Of a stretch of 64,000 nucleotides of DNA, positions 12,370 to 24,490 are shown in pieces. The notes below the pieces were generated by a model. That model was not told the origin of the DNA, made no database searches, and was given only the letters and a program-made list of their open reading frames with translations. Within the stretch, counting starts at the first letter, position 1, and every line of letters begins with the position of its first letter. A program made the translations under genes and the position numbers. This DNA is from Azolla caroliniana (taxonomy: Eukaryota > Plantae > Polypodiophyta), in NCBI GenBank assembly GCA_043228905.1, contig JBHGNT010000021.1:6262001-6326000 (forward strand), given 5' to 3'.

Positions 12370-12824
12370 TGTTACCCGTTCCTTTGGGTGAACACCTTCG
12401 ATAGATCTGCGTCTATCGGTCTTCAAGGGCGTGGTACGTGAAGGCTCGTAACAGAGGCGTCGAGAGAGATACAGGGCTCAAAGAGAAAACACTAGCGAGG
12501 TCTTGATAGACGTGGCGGCGTAAAACTCACAGGTATGGATCAAGCACAGACTCATGCAACAAAATAGGCACAAATCAGATATATTACTATGACAGAAAAG
12601 ATTACAGAACACGGCCTATGGCCGGTGACCTTACGAGTTTATCTAATTACGAATGACTAAGCTAGTGCTTCCGCCTATAGTTTTCTTCTCTCCCTTCTCT
12701 GAGGTACTGCTCCTCGTTTAAATAACTTTTCCCCTAATACACAGCCGAGCCATCGGTGGCCCGTGATACTCGGACTCGGCGTTTGCTACTTTCCTAATTT
12801 TACATTTCTGTCCTTTGGACAACA
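12370..12824 (-). repeat. 5' LTR of Gypsy A
   Basis: Direct repeat of 1737-2191, adjacent to the PBS and gag. Confidence 0.95.
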
Positions 12825-13995
12825 GCGAAAATGCAGGAGTATGAAGATTATTTCGATCTCGACAGTGAGGTTGAAGGCCTTGACATCCACACGAACGGCG
12901 TGAAGAAACCCCTAGGACCCACAAATGACAAGCCACGCCGATCCATGCGCGAGAAGAACCCCGTAAACCGTTCCGGCTACGACGAATACATGGCGTATCA
13001 TTACGCATTCATGATGAAGGTAGCGTTAGTACGGGAACCGGAAACACTTTCTGAAGCCGCAAAGGATCCGCGATGGGTCAACGCGATAAATGAGGAGATG
13101 GAAGTGTTATGCAAAAATGAGACATGGGATCTCGTTCCTCTCCCCCCGAACAAGAAACCAATTGGTTGCAGGTGGATTTACAAGGTGAAGCACAATGCTG
13201 ATGGTTCCGTAAATCACTTCAAAGCACGGCTCATTGCAAAAGGCTACGCTCATACCCACGGCTTAGACTACGAAGAAACCTTTGCCCCGGTGGCAAATAT
13301 GACGACAATACGAACCGTAATCGCGCTAGCAATAGCAAAAGGGTGGCACCTCCATCAGATGGAGTGAAAAATGCTTTCCTCCAAGGAGAGCTAGAAGAAG
13401 AGGTATATGACACACCCACCCGGATTCGAACCGTGTACTCATCCACACGTCGTATGCCGACTCAAGAACCCACTTTACGGCCTCAAACAAGCACCGCATG
13501 CTTGGCATTCGAAGATCACGCAATATCTTCATCAAGTCGGATTTCAGATGTCAAAATCCGACACTTCCCTATACATCCGAAACGAGTCGGATAACACGAT
13601 AATCATCATCTTGTACGTGGATGATTTGGTAATCGGAGGAAAGGATCTCGCCGAGATTAGCAAAGTTAAATCACTTCTTTCCGGCAGATTCGAAACGACA
13701 AACCTACACGAACTTCATTACTTCCTAGGTATTGAAGTAATTCGGACACCAGTCAGGATAATGATCTCACAACGGCACTATGTCCTCAACCTACTGTACA
13801 AATTCAGAATGACAGAGTGCAAACCTGTGACTACCCCTCTTGATTGCAATATCAAGATTGATGCTAGTTCCGGCACGGTCGAGACTGAACCGACTCAGTA
13901 TCGCCAATTGATCGGTAGCTTCATCTCTCTCACCATTACGCAACCCAACCTAAGTTATTCAGTCGGCCTCCTTAGCCAATTCATGCAGAATCCGC
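12825..13995 (+). pseudogene. Copia reverse transcriptase (frameshifted)
   Basis: GCRWIYKVK, FKARLIAKGY, DYEETFAPV, VKNAFLQG, LYGLKQAP, LYVDDLVI. Confidence 0.93.
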
Positions 13996-14645
13996 TGTCG
14001 TGAAGAAAACCGTCCCTTAGCGCAATCGGTGCATAGCGCGCGTGAACCGGCTCTTCACGCGTACGCGCCCTTTAATGTATATAATAGAGGATTAGGTACA
14101 AAGGTAGATCCCAGGTAGTTAGATTCGGTAGGTAGAAAGTTAATGAGGGAAACGGCTCCCTTCTTGAAGCTATAAAAGAGAGGGAGACGCGGGGAGAAAG
14201 GGATCGGGCATTGAGGAGGACGAAGTGTTGTCGGACCGTAACCGAACGCTTCTCCTCTGTTTGTTCTCTATTGCTCTTCTCTGCAGGTTTTCGGGAGGCT
14301 CGCGCTGCTTCGAGGAACGCCCGTGTGCTTCCGGCAACACCTCCATCCTATCCCCTTTCGTGCGCAGACGAACAGGCATCGGCATCTGTTCGCCGGCCTG
14401 TTCGGTTGTAACCGCTCGCGTGCTCTGTCGTTTATTTGTCATTCGTTAATATACAACTTTCGTGTCTCTCTGTCTCTGTGTCCATTCACGTCTTCTGCGT
14501 TGACGGGTCGTGCCCCCTGTGTTTCTTTGCTCATACGTAACTGGGCGTCTCTCTCTTTCTCTTTCCCCTTCTATCACCTGCTCTTCGGTTCAAGACCCCG
14601 GTGGTCCCGCTTCATTTCTCCACGCACGCGCGTAGTAACGCGACA
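13996..14645 (+). repeat. 5' LTR of Gypsy B
   Basis: TGTCGTG...CGCGACA; TATAAAA at 14171-14177; repeat of 20398-21047. Confidence 0.95.
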
Positions 14646-14649
14646 TATT

Positions 14650-14667
14650 TGGTGAACCCGACGTGAA
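14650..14667 (+). promoter_or_regulatory. PBS complementary to tRNA-Trp
   Basis: TGGTGAACCCGACGTGAA, complement of the recalled plant tRNA-Trp 3' end TTCACGTCGGGTTCACCA. Confidence 0.85.
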
Positions 14668-14689
14668 ACAGGCGGCAGAGGAGCAGAAG

Positions 14690-16827
14690 ATGAGGGGGTC
14701 GGATCTTGCAGAGGCCATGGCTTCGGCCGTGGACCGGATAGTGAGCGCGCGCGAGGGCACCGGCGCCCTTGATAGGGCTATTGAGGCGATCATCAGTATG
14801 ATCAGCCGGTTCAGTGGAAAGGATGCCACGACTTATTTGGCGTCCTACCGGGCGGAGATGTTGATGAGGGATATTCCGGAAGAGAGGCGTCTTGCCGGAT
14901 TCCCTCGAGTGGCGATGTCGGGCATCCATGCGGAGGTGCTCGAGGTCCGGGCGGAGAGCCAGACCTGGGAGGAGTTCGAAGGACAGCTCCTGCAGAAATA
15001 CGGGCTGGATGACGCGCTTCGACTTTCGAAGCGGGGCTTCATGGAGTGGGTGGAGTCCCCCGACAAAGGAAGAAATGCGTTGGCACTCCTCCGGGAGTTT
15101 GAGGATCGCTTTGCGCGCCTTTCGGCGCTCGATCGGACCGTTCTGGACACAAGTCGTGTCCTACTGTTTGTCAAATCGGTTGACGCACGAGATCGGGAGC
15201 AAGTGGGCTCCTTACTGGAAACCGAAGACGGGTTGACGGGCGACTGGGCCACGGTAAAAAGAGTCTGCGGCCGTTTTGACAAACGGTGGGAGTGGGTTGA
15301 TACAGGGGCGACCGGGGCGGGTCCTGTCGTAGCAAGGAAGCTCGAACCGATACCGCAGGCGCGACGGGAAAAAACCCGGGAGTGGCTCGAAACTGGTTCG
15401 GCTTCGACCGGAGTGGTCAGAGGCTCGTCCGTGGGGACAGCTTTGGAGGAGTTGAGACGGGCGGTAAAGGATCTCCAGATCGCCCAGGCTCGGAGGGAAG
15501 GCGGCGATCAAGCTCGTGACCGGCTCGTGACCGACAGCCTCCGGCAAGAAATAGGTGCATGTGGTGCGACGAGGTCGGCCACATCCGGAAAGACTGCGGG
15601 AACTTTGCGGAGGCTTTGAGAAGCCGGGTAGTGTACCTGTGGGAAGGTCGGGTGCACGCCAGCGATACCCGGAGGGCCCTGAACCGAAACGACGGGCGAG
15701 GAGAAATGAAAAGGCTGATGGAAGAGGCGGCGGCCCGGCACGCGGAGACCGTCCATTACTCAGTGTCAGCCGACATTCGGGTCAGAGGCAACGAGGCCCG
15801 GAAGGAGAGCAAAGCCGGGTTCTGGCCGACGGTGCTGGAAGGCCTCGCCGGTGCCCGACTAAAGAAAGACGAGGCGGACCACGCGGAGAGGCGGGTCCAG
15901 GAGGTAACCGGGTGGAGTGACCCGGTCGAAGAAAAGACGGGTTTCGTCAAAGCAGCTTGCCAGAACTACGAGGCTCTGGTTGAAGACAAACGGGTAGGTA
16001 AAACCGGAGGGGCCGGACCCTCACAGATATACGAAACCCAATTCGAGCCGAAACGGAACGAGGTTGGTGAGACCAGTGCCCGGGATAACCACAAGAAGGG
16101 CGGATACCGTTTGGGCACGGAGATCGAAAGGACCACGGACCTACGAAAGGTCCTGGAAGAACGAATCCTCGACAGCAAGGTGGAACTGTCGTTGCGGGAG
16201 GTGCTCGGAATCGCCAAGAAAGAGTTCCACGACTCCATCGTAGACTTGGTGAAGAGGAAGAGGCTGTCGACGGAGACAGAACCGGAAAGGTCGGTGGAGG
16301 TGCGGACAACGCACATAGAGGACATGGCGCTGAAAGACGAGTGGGCGGAGAGCCACTATTCGAGGCCACACTGGGCCCGAGCGACCACGGAAACCCCGGT
16401 GAAGATCAGAGATGTTCAGGAACCGGTGGTGGCGCTGGTGGATCACGGTTCGGAAATAAACCTAATGTCCATGGACTTCTACAAGAAGGGGAAATGGCCG
16501 ATCAACACCAAGCACAGGTGGAAGATACGGGCGGCGACGCACGCCACCGAGGAACTACACGGGGCCTGCCCAAACGTGCGAGTCAAGATCGGCGACGTCG
16601 AGATAGATCAGCACTTCTTTGTGCAGGAGACGTCCTCGCACCCGGTCATACTAGGAGAACCGTACATTACGGCAGCGCGGATGGAGACCAAGGTGCTGGA
16701 CAACGGGTCGGCTTACGCGAGGGTCAAGAGTTAGGACGGGCGTCATTCGGTCCAGTTCCTGACGGTGCGACCGAACCACGAGCGAAACCGCGAGTCCCTC
16801 GGTGGCGAGAACCGAGAGGATTTTTAG
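14690..16827 (+). pseudogene. Gypsy B gag-protease ORF (one frameshift near 15550, premature TAG at 16732)
   Basis: CMWCDEVGHIRKDC knuckle; ALVDHGSEINLM and VILGEPYI protease motifs; natural stop TAG at 16825-16827. Confidence 0.85.
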
Positions 16828-16862
16828 AGAGGGCTGCCAAGGCGTGGGGCCACGACAGTTCG
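16818..16862 (+). promoter_or_regulatory. Candidate -1 ribosomal frameshift signal (G_GAT_TTT plus stem-loop)
   Basis: Heptamer directly before the gag-PR stop; pol is in the -1 frame; same heptamer and stem at 27675-27718. Confidence 0.7.
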
Positions 16863-19800
16863 GATAGTTCGGGAAAACCTCACAAATGTACGATAGAGGC
16901 GAAACCGAAGAAACCTTGTACCATAAGTAGGAAGTTTTGTTTCTCCGACAACGGAGGGTGTACGATAGTCGGCGTCGTTGGCCGAGAAAAGACAAGGGCG
17001 GAAGAGCGACTTCGGGCGTGCGGAGTTCTCGGGCCCAGCGAGGAAATCAATGGAGCCGTGGAGGCGGTCTCCTTCGACGATACCTTGGGAATACTGCGAG
17101 AGGTGGTCGGAGAGGGCCTTAAAGAGGACCGGACGATACCGGTTTGTTCAGAAGAGATGTACGAAGTCATCGCGGACTTCAGTCGAGGTCTCGAGTCGGA
17201 TCGGACGGCCCGGGTTAACATGAAGTACAAGACTGTGGACCGGAAGGTAAGGCCAGTCGCGGCACCCTTACCGGAGGGCAGCGAGTTGCGAATCAAGGGG
17301 GTCGCGTCGGACCCCAGTTTACGGGATCCGGCCTGCATAGGACACACCTTCACTGACAGAACGCTACGGGAGCTCAAAATCGGTGGGGGCGGGTTCCTAC
17401 TACCGGCAAAAGAAGACCGGTTTCGGAGAATGCTCGGAAGGCACGGGAAAGCCTTCGCATTCTCGCTGGGAGAGATCGGGTGCGCATACCCAACAGTCGT
17501 GAAGCCGATGGTGATATTCACGGTACCGCATGTGCCGTGGAATCTCAAACCAATTCCGGTACCGAGAGCTCACATCCCGGAGCTGATGGAGCTGTTGAGG
17601 CTGAAACTCGATATGGGCATCCTCGAACCATCGAGTGCCCCGTACTCTAACCGGTGGTTTATGGTACCGAAGAAGAACGGGACGTTGCGCTTCATTCAAG
17701 ACCTGCAACCGGTCAATAGAGTGACCATTCGGAACGCAGGAATCGGACCAACGATAGACGAGTTCGCGGAAGCCTTCGCCGAAAGGTCGATCTACTCTGT
17801 CGGTGATCTGTACTCGGGGTACGATCAGTTCCAACTAGCCGTAGAGAGCAGAGACTTTACGACGATGCGGACTCCTCTCGGCCTAGTGCGGATGTGTACC
17901 CTACCACAAGGAGGGACGAACTCGGTGGCCCACATGGTGAATGCGATGAACAACGTGTTGAGGGATTGTATCCCGGACATCACCATGCCATTCTTGGACG
18001 ATATCCCGATCAAGGGATGTCCGGTGGAAGACAAGGATGAAACGATCAGACCGGACGGATGCCAGAAATTCGTGGTGACACACGTTGACGACTGCGAGAG
18101 GGTGCTGCAGAGGCTAGAGGACGCGAGGCTCACCTTCTCCGGGGAGAAATCGGCCTTCGGGCAATCAGAGATCATGGTCGTCGGACATCTATGCAGACCG
18201 TATGGCCGGAAACCGTCTCCGGCTAAGGTGGAAGCCATCTCCACAATGAAGCCCCACTGTAACTCGGTCACGGAGGTACGGAGGTTCTTGGGAGCATGCG
18301 CGTTCTACCACATATGGATCCCGCATTACGCCCACATTGCCGAGCCGCTATACGGGTTGCTGAAAAAGGGGCGAAAATTTGAGTAGCGAGTCGAGCATAC
18401 GGAGTCGGTCCGAAAGATGAAGGAGGCTCTTGCTGCAGCTCCGGCACTCCGGAAGGATGTCTACGAGAAAGGCACTCCCATCTACATAACGGTAGATACG
18501 AGTCTGACCGGGATCGAATGGTTCGTCAATCAAGAAGATGAGGACGGCATTCGGTTCCCAATCCGGTTCGGCGCAAAGGTCCTCAGCGAGCGACAACGAG
18601 GATACGCCCAGGTTAAACGCGAACTCTGGGGTATCGTTTCGGCGGTGAAGGCTGATAAAGACTATCTGATCGGGACAGAGGTGATTATCGAGACGGACTG
18701 CCTGCCAATTCTCGGCATGGTTTCCGGATGCGCAACCCTGGACCTGGCAATGCTCAGGTGGATAGCGTACATCAAGTCCCTGGATCCGGAAATACGACAC
18801 ATTTCCGGGAAAGACAATGCCATGGCCGACATGCTTTCGAGGGCGCGATTCGACGACGAGGGCGGCATGGTTTCGGAGGACGAGGAAGTCGGCGTGGACT
18901 TCTTCGAGGCGGCTTACGTAACAACCAAGGGGGGGAGCACTCCGGCGCTTAACGATTTTAACGAGAGCAAGTACGATGGGGAGTGGCTGCAGATTGGAGG
19001 ATTCTTAAGGATGATGACACCAGACACGTCATGGACAAAGGACGAGGCCAACCGGATCCGGAAGAAAGTATACCGATTCTTTCTCCGGGATGGATACTTA
19101 TGGAAGCACCCGAGGAAGAGAAACGACATCCTGCTCCGAGTGGTGGCGATGGAGGAGGAACAGGAGGAGTTGCTGAAGGCCTACCACGACAGCCCCTAGG
19201 CTGGACACCGCGGGACGTGGGCCACGTTCGAGAAACTAAAGGGGAAGTACTGGTGTTCGGGGCTATACCGGGACGTGCATCGGTTCGTGACAACTTGTGA
19301 GAGCTGTCAGATGCACTCCATAGTCCGACATCGGGACGAGCTTCACCCTACTTACCCTCCGGCCATCCATTTCAAATGGATGGTAGATTTGGTGACGATG
19401 TCGATGGGCGTAGGGCAGATGTGATATCTGGTGCTGGCCCGGGAGGACCTGACAAACCAGGTGGAAGGCCGAGCCCTGCAGAACAAAACGACCGCGGCCA
19501 TGTGTCGATTCCTGATCGAGGACGTGATATGCCGGTACGGGTGCGTCGGGAAGATCGTGGCTGACCGCGGGGAGTTGGACGCCGAAGAGGCCGAGGAGTT
19601 GTTCGACCGGTTAGGGGTCAAGCTCTCGCTCACCACAGCGTACAATCCGGAGGCTAACGGGAAGGTGGAGCGCGGACACGGACCGATCGTCAAAGCGCTA
19701 GTCCAGGCGTGCGAAGGCCAGGTCGAGAACTGGCCACAACTGTTACCTTATGCCTTGTGGGCGGACCGGACAACGCACAGTTCGGTAACCGAGTTCATGC

Positions 19801-20397
19801 CGTCAGAGCTCATGTTCGAACAGAAGCCGATCATGCCGATGGAACGGACGATCTCCTCTTGGGCGACAGTGGACTGGAGAGACGAGATGAGCCGGGAAGA
19901 ACTGCTAGCGGCGCGTATACGGCAGCTCGAGCGGAGGCCAGAGGACGTGGAATGAGCGGCGGAGAGACTTCGGGCGGCGAGAATGAGGAACAAAGCCCGG
20001 TTCGACCGAATGCACCAGCTCCGACCAAAGAAAATCGAGGAAGGCGACTGGGTGCTAGTCTACGGCAGCAGCCTCGACAACCAGCACCGAGCAACACGAA
20101 AGTTTGCAAAGCAGTGGTTCGGGCCTTACGTGGTAACGAGCGCCAACGACAACGGGACGTACCACCTGGCGGAACTCGACGGTACGAGGATGGCAATACC
20201 GGTGGCGGGGAAGCGGATCAAAGCGTTTAAGAAGCGCCACAACGGCGAACCGGATCTAAGAGGCCTGGACAATGACGACGAACAGTCCAAGACGGAGGAC
20301 GAACCGATGGACAAAGAACCGGAACTCAGACCGGTTTTCTCCAACCAGAACCCAATTTTGGCGCATACCGGTGGATGCGCGGTTAGGTGGGGGCGGA
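16826..20397 (+). pseudogene. Gypsy B RT-RNase H-integrase (several premature stops)
   Basis: FIQDLQPVN, DLYSGYDQF, LPQGGTNS, PFLDDIPIKG; TVDTS, IETDC, MADMLSR; IVADRGEL, YNPEANGKVER, WFGPYVV. Confidence 0.93.
20385..20397 (+). promoter_or_regulatory. Polypurine tract of Gypsy B
   Basis: AGGTGGGGGCGGA abutting the 3' LTR. Confidence 0.75.
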
Positions 20398-21047
20398 TGT
20401 CGTGAAGAAAACCGTCCCTTAGCGCAATCGGTGCATGGCACGCGTGAACCGGCTCTTAACGCGTACGCGCCCTTTAATGTATATAATAGAGGATTAGGTA
20501 CAAAGGTAGATCCCAGGTAGTTAGATTCGGTAGGTAGAAAGTTAATGAGGGAAACGGCTCCCTTCTTGAAGCTATAAAAGAGAGGGAGACGCGGGGAGAA
20601 AGGGATCGGGCATTGAGGAGGACGAAGTGTTGTCGGACCGTAACCGAACGCTTCTCCTCTGTTTGTTCTCTATTGCTCTTCTCTGCAGGTTTTCGGGAGG
20701 CTCGCGCTGCTTCGAGGAACGCCCGTGTGCTTCCGGCAACACCTCCATCCTATCCCCTTTCGTGCGCAGACGAACAGGCATCGGCATCTGTTCGCCGGCC
20801 TGTTCGGTTGTAACCGCTCGCGTGCTCTGTCGTTTATTTGTCATTCGTTAATATACAACTTTCGTGTCTCTCTGTCTCTGTGTCCATTCGCGTCTTCTGC
20901 GTTGACGGGTCGTGCCCCCTGTGTTTCTTTGCTCATACGTAACCGGGCGTCTCTCTCTTTCTCTTTCCCCTTCTATCACCTGCTCTTCGGTTCAAGACCC
21001 CGGTGGTCCTGCCTCGTTTCTCCACGCACGCGCGTAGTAACACGACA
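20398..21047 (+). repeat. 3' LTR of Gypsy B
   Basis: Direct repeat of 13996-14645. Confidence 0.95.
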
Positions 21048-21656
21048 CCGCGTAACCTTCATCTCGATTGTGCTAAGAGGATACTACGGTATGCCAGTAC
21101 GACAATGGATCATGGCATCCTATATAAGTCGAATACGACCATTCGACTTGAAGGGTACACATACGCGGACTGGGCAGTATACAAAGCGGATAGACGATCC
21201 ACATCCGGATTCATCTTCTCCCTCAGCAGCAAAGCGATCTCCTGGAGCAGCAAGAAACAGCCGACAGTCGCACTGTCGAGCACTGAAGCCGAATACAGGG
21301 ACGCAGTAGTCACTGCATGCGAAGCTGTATGGCTTAGGCGTATACTAAAAGATCTTGGCATACCCATCAAAGATCCAATATGCTTGTACTGCGACAACAT
21401 GAGCAGTATCTACCTCACGCGTAACCCCGTATTTCACGCGCGAACTAAACATATCGAAGTGCACTACCACTTCATTTGTGAGCGCGTCCAGGCCGGAGAA
21501 ATTGACCTCCAACACATCAGCACGCACCTACAAGTCGCTAATATCTTTACGAAGGCCTTAGGCATCGACAAGCTCGGGCAATTTGCATCGGATCTTGGTC
21601 TCACGACGTCCACATTGCCGAGCTTGAGGAGGAGTACGCAGACGCAGCACAGATAG
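21048..21656 (+). pseudogene. Copia RNase H
   Basis: ADRRSTSG, VALSSTEAEY, LYCDNMS, HARTKHIEVHYHF, ANIFTKAL. Confidence 0.93.
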
Positions 21657-21745
21657 GCTACGCAATACGCAACACAGCCAACTAGACAAGTCGAAGTACG
21701 AACCGAATGACTTTCCGACAGATGGAAGTTGTGTTCGAAGGGGCG

Positions 21746-21930
21746 TGTTGAGAATCAAACTCAACTTCCCATAGATAGGTTTCACACTAGCTCATGGACA
21801 CTCCAAGCTAGTTGCGTAAATAGTAGAAAGGGCGCTTGCCCTAGCTTAGTTGGTATATAAACCAACTCATTGTAATTTAGTCGTTGTTGGACGAATCTCG
21901 TTTTGTTAATATCATATATACTTTTGTCTA

Positions 21931-21984
<54 letters not shown>

Positions 21985-22261
21985 GTTATACACACACACA
22001 CATACGCTCACCTTCCGCTGCATTACAACCACTCTTGCCACTCCATTTCTTAACAAGTTCTTTTAAGGACTTGTATAAAAGTTTTGTTTGAGCACATTCC
22101 ATGTACAAAGTGTTTTTATTATTTTGAATTGAGTTTATGTTCTGCTCTCTGTCTCTCCCATATGCTCTCTATGCATTTGAAGCTTTCCATTAAACCTGCG
22201 TATTGTCAGTTGTTGTTCGCCTAAGCCGGTTGCGTCTACGCTTCTGCACATAACTTTTTCA
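21746..22261 (+). repeat. Probable 3' LTR of the Copia element (right end approximate)
   Basis: TGTTG start after GAAGGGGCG (21737-21745); TATATAAA near 21854 and a (TC)n tract. No partner LTR in the window. Confidence 0.55.
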
Positions 22262-23699
22262 GCTTTAATACGTACATCTTAAGATGACGAGGAACAATCA
22301 GCCTTGTATATTAGTTATAGTAGCGATTCTAGATCATGAAAGGAGTGATTTCTGTAAATCCTAAACTCTTGAATGTAATTTTGGTATCAAATTGTAATAA
22401 AATCGCAGTTTGTAATACTCGAATGACATAAAGGTTATGTTTTGAAATTTGTCTCTTTGTATGAAGATTGTTTGTTATAAAATACATTACTTGTTATTTT
22501 TCCTGGAAAATAAACTTTGTAACTTTTGGATTAGAGCCTAAATTTGGCGACTTTCCAACTTTATGACATGCTGGATTTTTAAGCATTTCCAACAAAATTT
22601 TGAGAACATGCGATATCGGTATCATTGTGTTTTGTGAAATGGGTATATAAACCCCAAAATCAAATGGAATATTCCTTATCCTTCCATTTCTGCATGATCC
22701 TTCCACTTGTGAATGCGAACGTGTTTAGTGTAGACGGGTCTTCTCCAACCAAACCATGCATCAAGTAATATTAATACAAGAGATATGGAGTGAAGTTGTA
22801 GCCACTCTAAAGAGACAATACGATGGCCTCACGGGCGGATCTGATGGAGTTGAAAGACAACGACTAACCTTCATCCAACAATGGTCTTCCTCTCCCTTTC
22901 TTGAGTTAGTGGGCATCCACATAAGATGGAACTATCACGTCCCTATAGGGATTTGTATATAACACTCTCATCTACAAAATTCTATAACTAATGGAAGGAG
23001 GTTTTTTGGGAAAAAGAAAGAAAGAATCAATGCCTTTTAGGAGCTAAATTTGCAACAATGAAGGTGGTGAATTATTGAAATTGAAGAGGGCTAACTTAAA
23101 CCTAACCTCAAGGACATGAGAATTGAAATAAATTATGGGAGGAAGTTTTGAAGAGAAGCTCGAGATAGAACTAGCCCTAGCCAAATAAAGTGAAGCCAAA
23201 TAGTTAAGTTGAACAAAAGAAAGTTTGGTTGAATTAGTCAAAGAATAAGTAAAAATTGAAATAAAGTATAGCAAGGAATCAAACTTGTACACATTACAAT
23301 TGAAGAATAATAGATGTGGTATGTGAAAAGACTGAATGTGGGAGTCACAAGTATCCCTAAGACTCAAGATGCCAACAATAAATTCCTTTAATAAATTTTG
23401 AAAAATCATTGGGCAACTTTGGGGCCCAAAGTTGCATTGTTACATAATTGCTATTTTCCTTAATTGTTTTTTAAACTTCTAGATTTATAGAGTACATGCA
23501 ATTTCATGTATGTAGAAACAAAAAAAGAGAAATTATGAAATAGGAGGACGTTAGAATCTTAATTAACATTAAGCAAAAGTAAAGAAGAAAAATAAGGCAG
23601 AAAAGGGTGTTAGTCTACCCAACCACCCCCTAGTGAAGGTGAGAGACGAATCTGAGTCGCCCGCTAGTGTCCCATACCACAATGTTCAGGCATTGATCG

Positions 23700-23987
23700 C
23701 ACCTTGTGTTTGAAGGAGTCACACATGTATAAAGCTAGAGTTTTGCCACATTGTAAGAGTCTCTATCTCAAAACAATCAAGAAAAGAGATTCCTCTCATG
23801 AAGGTAAGTTACTCTTCTTATATAGAATCAAACACTAGGCCCTTGAGTGTTTCACACTTTGATTGTTTTTTTTATACAAAGTAGCCAAATGATGAAATAC
23901 TCTCTAAGTTATCTCCCATTGTAGGATTAAGATAACTCAATCCTCTTAAATTAACCCAGAATTACGGTTACAATTATGCTTGTAACA
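23700..23987 (-). repeat. LTR-like dispersed repeat, homologous to ~58980-59272
   Basis: Shared blocks CACACATGTAT.AAGCTAGAG and ATCTCCCATTGTAGGATT.AGATAACTCAAT, with a common terminus TTATGCTTGTAACA. Confidence 0.7.
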
Positions 23988-24350
23988 AGTGACTTTTGGC
24001 TATACATTGACCCCAAGTTTGCCATGTTCTAGTATTGTTTCTATTTTCTTAATTAGAATTAAAAGTTATACAAATGCAACGAACTTGCAAATTAATGTGT
24101 GTAGGAGCAAAAGAAAAAGCAAATCTAGAACATGGAAACTTTGGGCCTATTATTTACTGATGTAGAATCCAAAGTGAATTTGATCTCTCTGAAGAAGGCA
24201 TACAATATATAAATAACATGAGGATTATGCCATGCAATCATAATTCTTTCCATACTCATATGTCAATATTCGTATCATACTCATGCGTGAAAAGGCTCCA
24301 AGTATGATTGAAATCCATACGTGATACGCAGACATATACATACGGTGTAC

Positions 24351-24399
<49 letters not shown>

Positions 24400-24403
<4 letters not shown>

Positions 24404-24490
24404 ATATATGTGGAGTAATAAAGAGGTGAGAAGCTGGGTTTCGAACCCAGGACATGGTGTTAATAGTGTAACAATTTGCCACTAAGGAGA
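24400..24490 (-). repeat. tRNA-derived SINE-like head
   Basis: Minus strand TAGTGG...GGGTTCGAAACCCAGCTTCTCACCTCTTTATTACTCCA, similar to the copies at 25575-25910. Confidence 0.55.

Larger units (their letters stand above)
1737..12824 (-). mobile_element. Gypsy element A: full-length non-chromovirus (Athila/Tat-related) LTR retrotransposon with extra 3' ORF
   Basis: Two 455-bp LTRs (TG...CA), TSD GCGAA at 1732-1736 and 12825-12829, minus-strand gag-PR-RT-RH-IN order. Lineage assignment is inferred from RT motifs (FAWSY, NPNYAAKVKEEIDKLL). Confidence 0.95.
13996..21047 (+). mobile_element. Gypsy element B: full-length LTR retrotransposon, tRNA-Trp primed, 4-bp TSD
   Basis: 650-bp LTRs with about 9 differences by eye; TSD CCGC (13992-13995, 21048-21051); gag-PR and RT-RH-IN. 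Confidence 0.95.
1..22261 (+). mobile_element. Decayed Ty1/Copia LTR retrotransposon (5' end outside window), interrupted by two nested Gypsy elements
   Basis: Domain order zinc knuckle-PR-IN (1-1736), RT (12825-13995), RNase H (21048-21656). The reading frame rejoins across both insertions once one TSD copy is removed (KGKA|KMQEY and MQNP|RNLHLD). The 3' LTR end is approximate. Confidence 0.93.

Noticed and set aside
2217-21309. Many antisense and overlapping ORFs in the GC-rich retroelements, including ORFs duplicated in LTRs
   Set aside because: Explained as shadow frames of GC-rich pol genes and LTR duplication; no independent domain evidence.
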